A stretch of 63,865 nucleotides of DNA, counting the filler, from Pelomyxa schiedti (lineage: Eukaryota > Protista > Evosea), in NCBI GenBank assembly GCA_020536535.1. It is 9 parts of 9 records of this genome, joined end to end, with 100 filler letters (N's around TTAATTAATTAA, not from the genome) between each part and the next. Parts side by side here need not be neighbours in the genome. Positions count along the whole stretch, not along the records: positions 20,638 to 22,189 come from JAHLWZ010002426.1; positions 22,290 to 36,190 come from JAHLWZ010000570.1; 7 more parts are not named here. One strand, written 5' to 3'. The translations under genes were made by a program, and so were the position numbers. Positions 21,198 through 32,419 of this stretch are shown here, in pieces; position 1 is the first letter of the stretch; every line of letters begins with the position of its first letter. Under the pieces are notes generated by a model, which worked only from the letters and a program-made list of their open reading frames with translations, did no database searches and was not told the origin of the DNA.

Positions 21198-22189
21198 ATG
21201 GGACACGCACGCTCGCGGCCTCGGCCGGCACCGCAACAACTGGAACAACCGCGACGACGACGACGTGGGGCCCCACCGCAATCGCAGCAGGCTGCTCCTC
21301 CGCCGGCACACGTCGTCCGCGCGACCACAACCACCGCCAGATCCCAACTCATGGCACTCCTATGCGCGCCAACCGTGGCGCAACGAGGAGGAGAACCGCC
21401 AGGGGGGCGCGTGGCGCCGCCGCCGCCGCCGCCGCCTGCGTCCTTGGTCGCGTGTGTGCAGAACACAGCCCTCGTGAGGCCCTGGGCAAGCGAGTGGGTC
21501 CTCAGGCCCGCCCAGGCTGCTGTGTTTGCTCTCGATCCCACGCCAACAAGCGCGGGGACGTGCTGCTGGCTGTGGGTCAGTGTGTCGCCTACGCTGGGCC
21601 TGGTGTCGTCGCACTGGTTCAGGCGCGGCGGCGACAACTGGTCCCACGTGTGTGGGTGTGTTGGCCGAGATGCTGCGGTGCTGGTGCAGACGAGGACCAA
21701 ATGCTATAGTCGCTATGACCAGCACTTCCACATGTTCGACATTGTGGACGTGAGTGATGACAGCGGCGATGGTCGTGGTTCCAGCACAGACCTCTTGGAG
21801 TCTATGGAAGCTCCTTCTGTCAGTGTATGCAACAAGAATTGGATTGTGGGTTTGAGTGCACCGTGGGAACTGTGGGCTTGGAAGGTTGGGAGTGGTGGTG
21901 ATGGTCGCCTGGTGCTGTCAGCGGAGAAGGGGCCCCGTTTCGAACGAGGAAAGCCGGCAGCCGCTTTGAGTTTCTCACCACTATCTGATGATGTGGTGAT
22001 GGCATTCAGCCAGCGTGCACAACCACCAGGATTTGTGGAGTTCATTGACTTGGAAGAAAGCTTCAACCGGGGGAAACTAGTTGTCACATCAACGGTGGAG
22101 TGCGGAGAAAACTCGCCAACTGGAATACTGTGGATGCCTGATGGATCCACGTGTACTGTGCACTCTCCTGATTCAGCATGTGTTTTCTT
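21198..22189 (+). CDS. Intronless lineage-specific family protein (3'-partial)
   Basis: ARSQLMAL...RGG, VSPTLGLV, CNKNWIV and IDLEESF blocks are shared with 26835-28064 and 61864-62683. Confidence 0.75.
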
Positions 22190-22289
22190 NNNNNNNNNNN
22201 NNNNNNNNNNNNNNNNNNNNNNNNNNNNNNNNNTTAATTAATTAANNNNNNNNNNNNNNNNNNNNNNNNNNNNNNNNNNNNNNNNNNNN

Positions 22290-23866
22290 TAAACATGTAA
22301 GTGTAAAAAAAATACCCGTTTTTCTTACATCTCGCAAACTGTCAGACAGCCCTCTCACAGTATAAGATCGTTGAAGTACTCCCATTAGTTCCCCACTTGT
22401 GCTCATATCTATATCAAGGTCTTCTGGGATACTAGGCAAAATAGAGTTACTTACATGGGTGATAGGCTGACATTATAACTGACGGATTGACTGGAACTAC
22501 TACCTACAATGCAATAAGAGACCTGGAGCGAATTTGTGGGAATACCTTGCCCCAATTTGGTATTCCAAGAAGCATGCTTTCATATACATCATCTGCAACA
22601 AGCTTTGCGTAGGAGGAATAACTTCTTAGTGGAGTCAAGCGGCCTTCCTCCGTATTTGTGTAAGGATTTATCAGGTAGAAATTCAGCCCATCTGTGATGT
22701 TTGCCTTGTGGGCGCAAACTGCCTGCACAATCGACTTAGAATTTTAATAAGCGCACTCATCCTACATATGTCTCATTCTGTGTATAGCAAACCAGAGTCA
22801 TGTTTGCTGACCTCAGATAAAGTCCACCCTCTCTGGTGCATAGGTAAACCGCACATAATGAGTTACAGGGAGGATTACAGACCCCTGTAGAATGGTTTGA
22901 GCATAATGCGCGTATCTTGGCCTAAGTATGTCCACCCATTGTGTGTGGGAATTCATATCAATATTCCGGTATAGAAGCCATTCAACCTAGTGCGGGTGGG
23001 TGTCTAACTTGCGAATATCAGTACAGACCTCTGATTTTAGGAAAGACTCTACTTCTTCAATGAAGCTGCTCACAACATCATTTACATTCTTGGATAGAGA
23101 GACAACGAGACTCCGTGAAATACTATTAATGCTCTGGTCAGCCTTCTCATTAGAAGTGGCCCAAACAATACTGCAGGGAACAACAACCAAAAAAACCTGT
23201 GAGAAAGAGATAAGTGGAAAACACATTATATTATCATTTGCAGTATCCATAATATTTTACAGATCGGACAGACACACCGATGAAATAATCAAAACAACAG
23301 AAAATGGAATAGAAAGGGAGCAACGTCGACCCCCATTTTTCCCTTTGGCGCTCGAACTCCCATAATTTGTGAGTTTCTTTGCTNNNNNNNNNNNNNNNNN
23401 NNNNNNNNNNNNNNNNNNNNNNNNNNNNNNNNNNNNNNNNNNNNNNNNNNNNNNNNNNNNNNNNNNNNNNNNNNNNNNNNNNNATCGGACAGACACACCG
23501 ATGAAATAATCAAAACAACAGAAAATGGAATAGAAAGGGAGCAACGTCGACCCCCATTTTTCCCTTTGGCGCTCGAACTCCCATAATTTGTGAGTTTCTT
23601 TGCTTGCTGGATACTGGCCCGTTCCTCTATCATCTCCCTGCGTTGCTCATCGACGACTCCAGATATGTTGGTGGAAAATACACTCTCAGGTATCACAACA
23701 GCCAAGCTGTTCTCGCTGCTATTTGTGCTGTTTGGGGGCCGAACCGCTGTGCGCGCGTCATTTGTTTCGTTAAATTTTTTTTACTGATAGAACAATGGAC
23801 TGGCTAGGAGATTGTACTTGGGACGTCATCTTCTTCGTCTGGCTCCACTTTGTTGTTGCGAGGCAT
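22290..23866 (-). CDS. Multi-exon membrane receptor-like protein (TM followed by a possible Cache-type sensor), 3'-partial
   Basis: Basic stretch followed by a TM (SLSIPFSVVLIISS/VFLVVVPCSIVW), a long helix, and NWGKVF...GELMGVLQRSYTVRGLSDSLRDV resembling dCache ends. Domain identity is inferred. Confidence 0.45.
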
Positions 23867-24197
23867 GACAAGGATTGGATAAAATATATTATCTACTTGG
23901 TCTGCTGGAACACAAACCGGAGGAGAAAACCGTTTCCCGATTTTTTGGGAACAGGGGGTTGATCACCTCACAAAATGCCGTGATGCATCCCGAAGTAGAA
24001 GGTAATGCCCGGGGGCTGATCAAGGAGAGTGCTCTCATGGAGCTCACTTTAGGCACGGGAGTGTTGCAAGTACCAGGGTAACGAAGTACTTCGTCGGTCT
24101 TCAACAGCCGTAGTACCCACACGTAACTTACACAAAAGTTCCGTGACAGAACACTTCTCCTTGGAGGTGAGTGAGTGGGGGCAATAAATAACAGTTT

Positions 24198-26795
24198 TCA
24201 TAGCAACTCACTCAGTGTACTGTTGATGATGATGGCGGTGGTGTCAAGGCTAATGTTGTCAATGTCAATGGTGCTGTCCATGCCAGTGTTGTCAGGTGCT
24301 GTTGTTGTTTGTGTTGTTGATGCTGATGCTGATGATGATGATGGGGAGGAAGGAGAAGGAGTGGGGATGGTTGTGATGGTGATGGGATGTGCCGTTCCAT
24401 CCTTCTTATTATGATGGCATTTTGGTGTGGTCCTTTGATGCCGGGGACTGGACCGGTGCTTCTTTGGCTCTGGGGGAACAGGATTATCACCATCGGTATC
24501 AACCGGCTTCTGCTTGAATTCCGGTTGTGATATGCTTTCGGGCTGCTGGATGCTTGGTGGTTGTACATCTGGCCGTTCCGTGCTTGTTGATGTGACCGAA
24601 GATGGTGAGGGTGATGGCGAAGGGGTGCGAGTGCGAGAGCGTGAGTGTGAGTGTGAATGAGAGTGGGAGGTGGTGGTTGAGTGGGATCGTTTGTGCTGCT
24701 TCTTCCTCGACTTCTTCTTCTTATTGTTGTTCTTCTTCCCGGTGGTTCCGCACTGGTCAGAGAGTTTTCCTTCCAAGCAGTATTTCTTTGCAGCTTCCGC
24801 AATGTAAAATGGGATATGAGCCCTGTTTTGTTGGTGAGTAGTTGTTTGCTCCTTGGGTTTACATGCATGGGGAAACTTTTTCCTTGACTAGAAATACTGT
24901 TGGCCGCAGTCTGCAGCATGGACTCCACAACAGAAACTTGTTGGTCAGCAGTCAGCCAGCTCCACTCCTGGTCAAATGAGAAGGAAAAGACAGTAAGATA
25001 TAATACCGGCAAAGCGAATTCGTCAGCTTTCCAATGGCACGTTATATTTTCATTGGCCTGGAGAAGTGCCTGTATTCGAGTCCTTGTGTCCGGAAGTGTT
25101 GAATTGATGAATGTCCGCATGTATCTGACCCTGCAGGGTTTACTCAGAGTAAAATGCGATTGGTAAGCACCGGGACACTGTAGAGATAACTCTGTCATGA
25201 TTTGGTTTATGTTCCAAGCCGGGTGTTGATTTCTGTGTTTGGTTTGCATCGAAGAGTAAAAGGAGTAGATGCTACACACTCGATTTCTTCTTCTTTATTA
25301 CAGATAGTCACGAAGTCAAAATATGGACCTCTGAGTCCTTGTAGCTCTGCTTCAAGCTGCTCCTTTTTTTTCTGTAGTTCCAGATTTTTTTCCGACAGAG
25401 TTTTAATTTCTTCTTTCAGTTTTGAGTTCTCTTTCTTGAGGCCAACCACAAAATCCTGCACAGCAGTGCATTTGTCAGTGTGCGACTTCTGGTCTTTCCT
25501 TTTTCCAAGCCATTTGCACTGGAACATGAACAAAGGGCATTGAACCTGTCATTGACATTGTTGGAACAGAATAGAATGAGTGGGTGAGTGGTGTGTACCT
25601 GAACTTCGGGACAAACAGCGTTGTGGGCCGATTGATCTTTTGGTGCAATGTGTTGCCCACATCCTTGGGGGCAATCTGATTTCTCAATGAGCAAGTAATG
25701 AGGAAAGTGGGGTGTGCAAACCGACTGGGCATTCCATTTTGTGCTCCTGAAGAACACTTCGGGTCATGGATGTTGAACATCGATCACAACGCACAACAGT
25801 GCCCAAGCAGGTGCGGTTATGAACCTTGTAAAAGACTGGCTCAACAAGTTCCCCACATCCATTTTTACACTCTTTTGGGTTTGTTTTGGTCAGTGATTCA
25901 GTTGTATATGTGCAGAAAGAAACTTGAAGGGCAGCGTTGATAATGGTCAATTGATTCTCCTCTCTTCACTGATTTCTGACACGTTGGGCACACAACAAGC
26001 AAGTTGTTCAACTGTTGAAACATGTCAACAATAATTTTTTTATTAAAACTTTGAGAAAAACAAAACAATGATAAACCAAAAAAGAAAAAGCTTGAAAAAA
26101 AAAAAAACACAAGCACAACCAGAACCGATACGAACCTTTGACATGATGACCCTGGGCGCGGGCACCATAGACCCCGCCTTCATGCACCCCCCACAAACTG
26201 GGCACAACAACCTCTCGTTCTCGCCGGCGATGCAAGCGCGGCACACCATGTCCCCGCATCCCCCCTGGTGCACAACTGGTTCCACAAGCGCTTGTCTGTG
26301 TGTGTGTGNNNNNNNNNNNNNNNNNNNNNNNNNNNNNNNNNNNNNNNNNNNNNNNNNNNNNNNNNNNNNNNNNNNNNNNNNNNNNNNNNNNNNNNNNNNN
26401 NNNNNNNNCCCCCACAAACTGGGCACAACAACCTCTCGTTCTCGCCGGCGATGCAAGCGCGGCACACCATGTCCCCGCATCCCCCCTGGTGCACAACTGG
26501 TTCCACAAGCGCTTGTCTGTGTGTGTGTGCGTGTGTGTGCGTGTGCGTGTGTGTGTGCGTGTGTGTGCGTGCGCGTGTGTGTGTGCGTGTGTGTGTGGTA
26601 CAGGTACGATATGGGAAAGGTGACGCGGCGTTAGACTGGTTGAAGATTCATACCATATTAATATTAATGGCTCACTCACTTGCATACGGCGCACAGCAGT
26701 ACATCGTCGATGGGGGAGGTGGTGCTATCGTACACAAGCGCGAACGGCCATTCTTGCGCCGACGCCGCGGGTGGTTTCGGTTTCTCCGAGGTCAT
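24198..26795 (-). CDS. RING and TRAF-type zinc-finger protein with coiled coil, an unknown C-terminal domain and an S/T/H/K-rich tail (copy 1)
   Basis: LLCAVCK...EPVVHQGGCGDMVCRAC...CPVC (RING). CPQGCGQHIAPKDQSAHNAVCP and CKWLGKRKDQKSHTDKC (TRAF-type zinc fingers). Confidence 0.8.
26516..26596. repeat. (GT/GC)n microsatellite in the first intron of RING-TRAF copy 1
   Basis: GTGTGTGTGCGTGTGTGTGCGTGTGC... run. Confidence 0.85.
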
Positions 26796-26834
26796 TTTTC
26801 GCGGAAGAGGTTCCCCCTGATTGCGGGTGTTTTT

Positions 26835-28064
26835 TTAGAATACAGCTGCGATGGAGTGTGTGGTGTTGGTTTTCATTGTGAAGATGTGTGTTCCAGTCAA
26901 TGCATCCCGGAAGATTGAGCTGGACCCACCGCCGGTGGAGAAGACGACAAGGGTGTGGCCAAACACTGGTGCTTTCTTCTGTGGAATGTCTCTGTGCACA
27001 CACAGGCACAGGTTTGGATTGCACACACTGAACACTTCCCATTGGGAAGCACCTTCATCGCCTGTGGACACGTACTTCGCATAATATGGCCCACCCACGT
27101 GCACAATGTTGCCGTGGTTTCCAGTGATGGTCTCCCCATTTGTAACACACAGCACTCTCTTGGTAATCCGTCTTGAAGTACCTCCACAGCAGCCAACACA
27201 CAGGACGGCAGAGTAGATATGGTCACCGTGAGACCACAGAGTACACTGCTGTTGCAGGCCAATGCGCATCGTTTTCTTTCCACACAGGGTCTTGGTAGAA
27301 TGGGTTGAAGGTAGGTCCACACAAAAAGAACCTCCACCCATGAAAAATATGAACAGAGAGTCACCCTCCACAAACTTCATGTTGATTATCTTCTTTTCAC
27401 CAACGCTCACATCTGCCTCGGTCGAAGGCCCCACTGTAAGAACATCTTCCACTTTCCAGATACGCAATGACCGACCAGAAATTGCAACCCAGTCTCTGTT
27501 GCACTCCACTCTGTCGAATTGCTGGATATCCGAACCCACAAATGAGACGATGCCTGCAACATCCAAGTCCCTCACCATCACAATCCCTGTTCCCAGCACA
27601 GGAAAAACTTTCTTAACAACAACCAGCCTTCTTCCACAGTTCCCCTTTGTTCCCCTACCACAATCACCGTCACTACTGCAAACATCACTCACACTGCCCA
27701 CTACATCCCCTCTGAAATCCAGCACAACAGGTGCCCTCACAAGTCCCAGTGTTGGTGACACTGTGAAATTGACCAGGATATCAGGCCCTCTGTTGTCTGA
27801 TCCCACACCGGTCCGTGTTACTTTCACCACCACGTCACGCTCTGACGTCACGACCCACCGGTGTCCAAGCTCGCTAAGAAGCGGCGCCGTCAGCGACCTC
27901 ACGTGGCTGTTGTTCCCGCACCGTCCCACAATCACCCCTACGCCGAGTGCAACAAACTGGTTACGTGCGTAGATCGCCTCTCCCTTCGCGCCGGTCACTG
28001 TAAGCCTGATCCCATCATCGCCTTGCGCCGTGTCAAGATCCACCAGTGTCTTGTCGCAAATCAT
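26835..28064 (-). CDS. Intronless 409-aa lineage-specific family protein (complete)
   Basis: Single ORF with ARNQFVALGVGVIVGRCGNNSHVRSL, FTVSPTLGLV, CNRDWVAI, VDLPSTH and DALTGTH blocks. Confidence 0.85.
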   Translation of the reverse strand: MICDKTLVDLDTAQGDDGIRLTVTGAKGEAIYARNQFVALGVGVIVGRCGNNSHVRSLTAPLLSELGHRWVVTSERDVVVKVTRTGVGSDNRGPDILVNFTVSPTLGLVRAPVVLDFRGDVVGSVSDVCSSDGDCGRGTKGNCGRRLVVVKKVFPVLGTGIVMVRDLDVAGIVSFVGSDIQQFDRVECNRDWVAISGRSLRIWKVEDVLTVGPSTEADVSVGEKKIINMKFVEGDSLFIFFMGGGSFCVDLPSTHSTKTLCGKKTMRIGLQQQCTLWSHGDHIYSAVLCVGCCGGTSRRITKRVLCVTNGETITGNHGNIVHVGGPYYAKYVSTGDEGASQWEVFSVCNPNLCLCVHRDIPQKKAPVFGHTLVVFSTGGGSSSIFRDALTGTHIFTMKTNTTHSIAAVF

Positions 28065-28132
28065 TAAATTAATTAAATTTAATTAAAAACAAACAGTTGC
28101 TTCGCTGAAATCAGTCCGTCGTGTTATCTTGC

Positions 28133-30469
28133 TCAGAGTAATTGACTCAGTGCACTGTCGATGATGCTGGCAATACTGTCCACGTCAGTTCCACCAGTTG
28201 TTGTTTGCATCGTTGAAGATGAAGACGTAGAGGGCGTTGTGGTGGTTGTCGTGGTTATGGGAGGTGTACTGGTACTGCTACTGCGACTGCTGTGTCGATG
28301 ATGAGGCCTGTGCTTCTTTGGCTGTGGGGACACAGGTTGGTCGTCGTGTGGTTGCTGTGGTGATGGTGGTGTTCTTGGTTCTGTGTGTTGGGTGCTCGGT
28401 GTTGGTGTTGATGTTGAAGTCGGGGTTGTTGTTACTTCGGCTGCTGCGGAACTTGTGGTTGTTGTTGTTGTTGTTGTTGTGGATGACTCTGACGGTTGTG
28501 GTTCAACTGTTGTGGACTGCGTGTGTGATGATGGTGATGGTGGTGTACGGGAGTGGGAGTGACGGTGTGAGTGTGAGGGCGAGGTGGACAGCTTCGCAGA
28601 AGAGGAGGTGGAGCTGCGTCGTTTGTGGTGCTTCTTCTTCTTATTCTTCTTTGGGGTTTTACTGTATTTGGGGGGTGCCGGCAAGTCGACGTGCTCGGCC
28701 TTGTATCTTTCCGGGTAGTGCTTCTTTGCAGCTTCCTCTATGTAGACGTGGAGATGATTCCTATTTGTTTGTTGGGGGCAGTTTGGTTGGGTTGTTGGCT
28801 TACAAGGTAAAGCGTTTGTGAGAGCTGTGGGCAACTTCCAACATGGACTCCACAGCAGATATTTGCTGGTCAGGGTTCAGCCAGCCCCACTCCTGGTCAC
28901 TTCTTACTCGAATGAGAGGGGAAAAAAGATTAAGATATAATACCGGCAAAGCGAATTCGTCAGCTTTCCAATGTCTTGTTATCTCTTCGTTGGCTCGGAG
29001 AAGTGCTTGTATTCGGATTCTTGTATCCGGCAGGGTTGTTTCTCTGAAATCCCGCATGTGTTTGACTCTTGCTGGTGTGCTCATGGCTGTAGGGTAGATA
29101 CCAGGACACTGCTGAGCTAGCTCAACTAAAATTTCATGTTGACTCCAACCCGGATGTTGATTTCTGTCATTGGTTTGCAGAGGATAGCAGAAGGGATACT
29201 ACACACTCGATTTCTTCTTCTTTGGTACAGACTGTCACAAAGTCAAAATATGGAGGTGTGAGGAGTTGAACTTGTTGGTTCAGCCGCTCCTTTTCAGTCT
29301 TTAGTTCTTGATTTCGATCTGACAGAGTTTTCATTTCTTCTTTCAGTTTTGAGTTCTCTTTCTTGAGGCCAACCACAAACTCCCGCAGGGCAGTGCATTT
29401 GTCAGTGTGCGACTTCTGGTCTTTCCTTTTTCCAAGCCATTTGCACTGGAACATGAACAAAGGGCATGGAACCTGTCATTGGCATTGTTGGAACAGAATA
29501 GAATGAGTGGGTGAGTGGTGTGTACCTGAACTTCGGGACAAACAGCGTTGTGGGCCGATTGATCTTTTGGTGCAATGTGTTGCCCACATCCTTGGGGGCA
29601 ATCTGATTTCTCAATGAGTAAGAGAAGAAAGTGATATTTGCACACCAACTGGGCATTCCATTTTGTGCTCCTGCAGAGCTCTTCGGGTCATGGATTTTGA
29701 ACATCGATCACAACGCACAACAGTGCCCAAGCAATTTTGGTTGTGAATATCCAAAATTGCAGGTACAACGAGTTCCCCACATCCATTTTTGCACTCTGTT
29801 TTTTTTTTTTTTTTTTTGGTTTTGGTAAGGAGCTGAGTTGTGTGTAGAAAAATAAACTTGAAGCACAGTGCTGATAATGATCAATTGATTCTCCTCTCTT
29901 CACTGGTTTCTGGCACGTTGGGCACACTACAAGCAAGTTGTTCAACTGTTGAAAACTGTTAAATATGCAAGCCAAGTTTTCGCCCAACGTGATAAGCTAT
30001 TCAAGTAGCCAAGCCCACAGAAATTAATAATTATGGGGGCACGTACGCAAGCACAACACCACACAAACACAACCGAACCTTTGACATGATGACCCTGGGC
30101 GCGGGCACCAGCGCCCCCATCCCAATTATTCTCTTGCACATTGGGCACATCACGGGCCCCCCGCTGGCCACCCTCTCGTGCTCCGCCGCCACGCAAGCGC
30201 GGCACACCATGTCCCCGCATCCCCCTTGGTGCACAACTGGTTCCACAAGAGCTTGTCTGTGTGTGTGCGGTGTGTGGTGTGTGTGAGATCCCAAAAGAGG
30301 TTGGAGCCGTCGAAACAAACACACACCACGACTGCCCCTACACCCCCACACACTAAACGACACACACTCACTTGCAGACGGAGCACAGCAACAGATCGCC
30401 AATGGACGTGGCGTACACGAGTGGGAACGACCACCCTGGTGGCTGACACGGCCCCTTTCTCTCGGTCAT
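28133..30469 (-). CDS. RING and TRAF-type zinc-finger protein (copy 2, tandem paralogue)
   Basis: Same exon structure and long near-identical stretches as 24198-26795 (for example 29330-29620 versus 25410-25690). Confidence 0.8.
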
Positions 30470-30748
30470 CTTTTGATCAAAATTCTTCCCCGAAAAGAGT
30501 CAATCTCGTCTTCGGCGTGTCGCCCCAAGCCGTGTTACACAACGACGATGTTTTAATGACATTGATTCTAAGCTGAGAACAATTTTGACTCAGCGCAACC
30601 TTGGGCCGCCACAGCAACCTTCCCAATGTTTTCCAGGTTTTTTTTAACTTGGTTACTCTAACGTCCTTTGGCACTCTTATTTCCCTGCGTTGTTTGTTGG
30701 AAATATCTTAGGGATCTCACACTAGTTAGTATTTGTAACAAGAAAAAC

Positions 30749-32114
30749 ATGGGCGACCTGGCCTCGGCCATCACGTGCCCCATGTGCATGGTGCAGTATG
30801 ACACATCTTCAAATGAGCCCAGGTTGCCGTGGCGTGTGTTTGTGCTTGTTACTGGGAATTACTTCGTTGCTGTTTTGTTTTTTGTCATGGTTGCCTCCAC
30901 TCAGATAAACACCAGGAATCTGAAATGCAACCACACGTTTTGCCGTTGCTGTATAACAAGCCTCACAAGTAAAGCGAAAAGAGGTTTGTTATTGGATTTA
31001 GCAATTGGAATTAGCAAAGATATGCCGCTAAGTGTTTACAGATTGTCAACCGTGTAGATGCCCAACCTGCAGAGCTGAAATCATTTGGGATAGTGAAATC
31101 CCTGTAGCAATACAGTTTCCAATGGTTTGCCTGCTTTGGTTTTGTATGGAACTCATTGTGAAAGAACTTCGCACTGTGTAACGTTGTGGATGCCTGTGCA
31201 ATACCGGAGTTCAGTTTCAAAGTAATTTTGATTGGGGATGGCGGAGTTGGGAAAACAACTCTTTTGCGAAAGCATTTATTCCCTGATGACACCAGACTCC
31301 CGAGTGTTACTCTTGGTACCCTTCATAATTTTACGCATGTATAGCAACTGATCACAGGTGCTAACTTCATCACTGAAACAATTCTGCGTTCTGGGAAGCA
31401 CTTGAAGATTCAGTACTGGTGAGTGCTAAGCGTTAATATCGTGTACTAACGCCACAATAGGGACACTGCCGGGCAAGAACGGGTCAGTTTGTTTTAAGCA
31501 CATTTTCTAAATACTTATATCTCTTGCAGTTAGCCCTAGTGACCAACTCCTGTAATTATTTAATTCTTTTCCACAATGACAAAGTAACCCAATTATTAGA
31601 CATGAGAGGAGTGGATGGTGCTTTTTTACGTGTGTTTTCGTTTTTGGTTCCAAACAAATCATCATGCCTCATTAGTATTTTCTTTGACTGAACTCGAGAC
31701 TTTTTCTCACCTCACAGAATGGAAAAACAAGGTTCGGCATAAAAATTACTGCCAGGGAGATTAACGAGCATCATAGCTTGAGAGTTTCTCTCCGGGAGCA
31801 GTTGTTTTCCTTGTTGGGAACAAATCAGACAAAAGTGACAGAGCTATTGAGTCTGACACTGCCACCAATTTCGCACAGAAAAACAGCTGGATTTACCACG
31901 AGACCTGTGCACAAGGAGGCAGTGGAGTTAATGAATTATTCGAAGCAATGCTCGGGGAGGTAGTCCGCACACCTCTGACAAGGTTTTAACATTGAGACAG
32001 ATGGCAATCAGATCCCCAATAAAAAAAGACACCACAAAGGGCACTTCTATCACCCTCGTTCCTCCTCCTGATACACCCACCAAAGGAACGAAAGGAAAGT
32101 GCAACAACTGTTAA
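30749..32114 (+). CDS. RING finger fused to a Rab-like small GTPase
   Basis: CPMC...CNHTFCRCC...CPTCR, then FKVILIGDGGVGKTTL (G1), WDTAGQE (G3), LVGNKSD (G4), ETCAQ (G5) and the C-terminus KGKCNNC*. Confidence 0.85.
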
Positions 32115-32161
32115 CAATCGCCACTAGCGGAAAGAATACAAAACAAAAAAAAAAATATATC

Positions 32162-32232
32162 GGGCTCTGCCCGGAATCGAACCGGGGCCACTTGTACCCT
32201 AAACAAGTATTCTGCCACTAAACAACAGAGCC
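32162..32232 (-). tRNA. tRNA-Pro(AGG)
   Basis: GGCTCTG...CAGAGCC acceptor stem, anticodon arm CTTGT-TTAGGGT-ACAAG, T-arm GGTTCGATTCC, downstream T-run. Confidence 0.95.
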
Positions 32233-32332
32233 TTGACATAATGAAAACTTCCGGCATGCATTTTTATTGACCAATTTCGAGTTCCGGCTATCTGCTTCAA
32301 GATGCACAGAGAAGGCTTCGAGCTTCTGTGAA

Positions 32333-32405
32333 GGCTTCATGGCTTAGTTGGCAAAGCGTCGCTCTCGTAAAGCGAAGATCGCGGGTTCGATTCCCACTGG
32401 AGCCT
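32333..32405 (+). tRNA. tRNA-Thr(CGT)
   Basis: GGCTTCA...TGGAGCC acceptor stem, anticodon arm TCGCT-CTCGTAA-AGCGA, T-arm GGTTCGATTCC, downstream T10 terminator. Confidence 0.95.
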
Positions 32406-32419
32406 GAAATTTTTTTTTT

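Noticed and set aside
23264-23603. Exact ~120-bp direct repeats flanking 100-N gaps (also around 26309-26408 and 34227-34326)
   Set aside because: Same length at every gap, so these are unmerged assembler overlaps, not real duplications.
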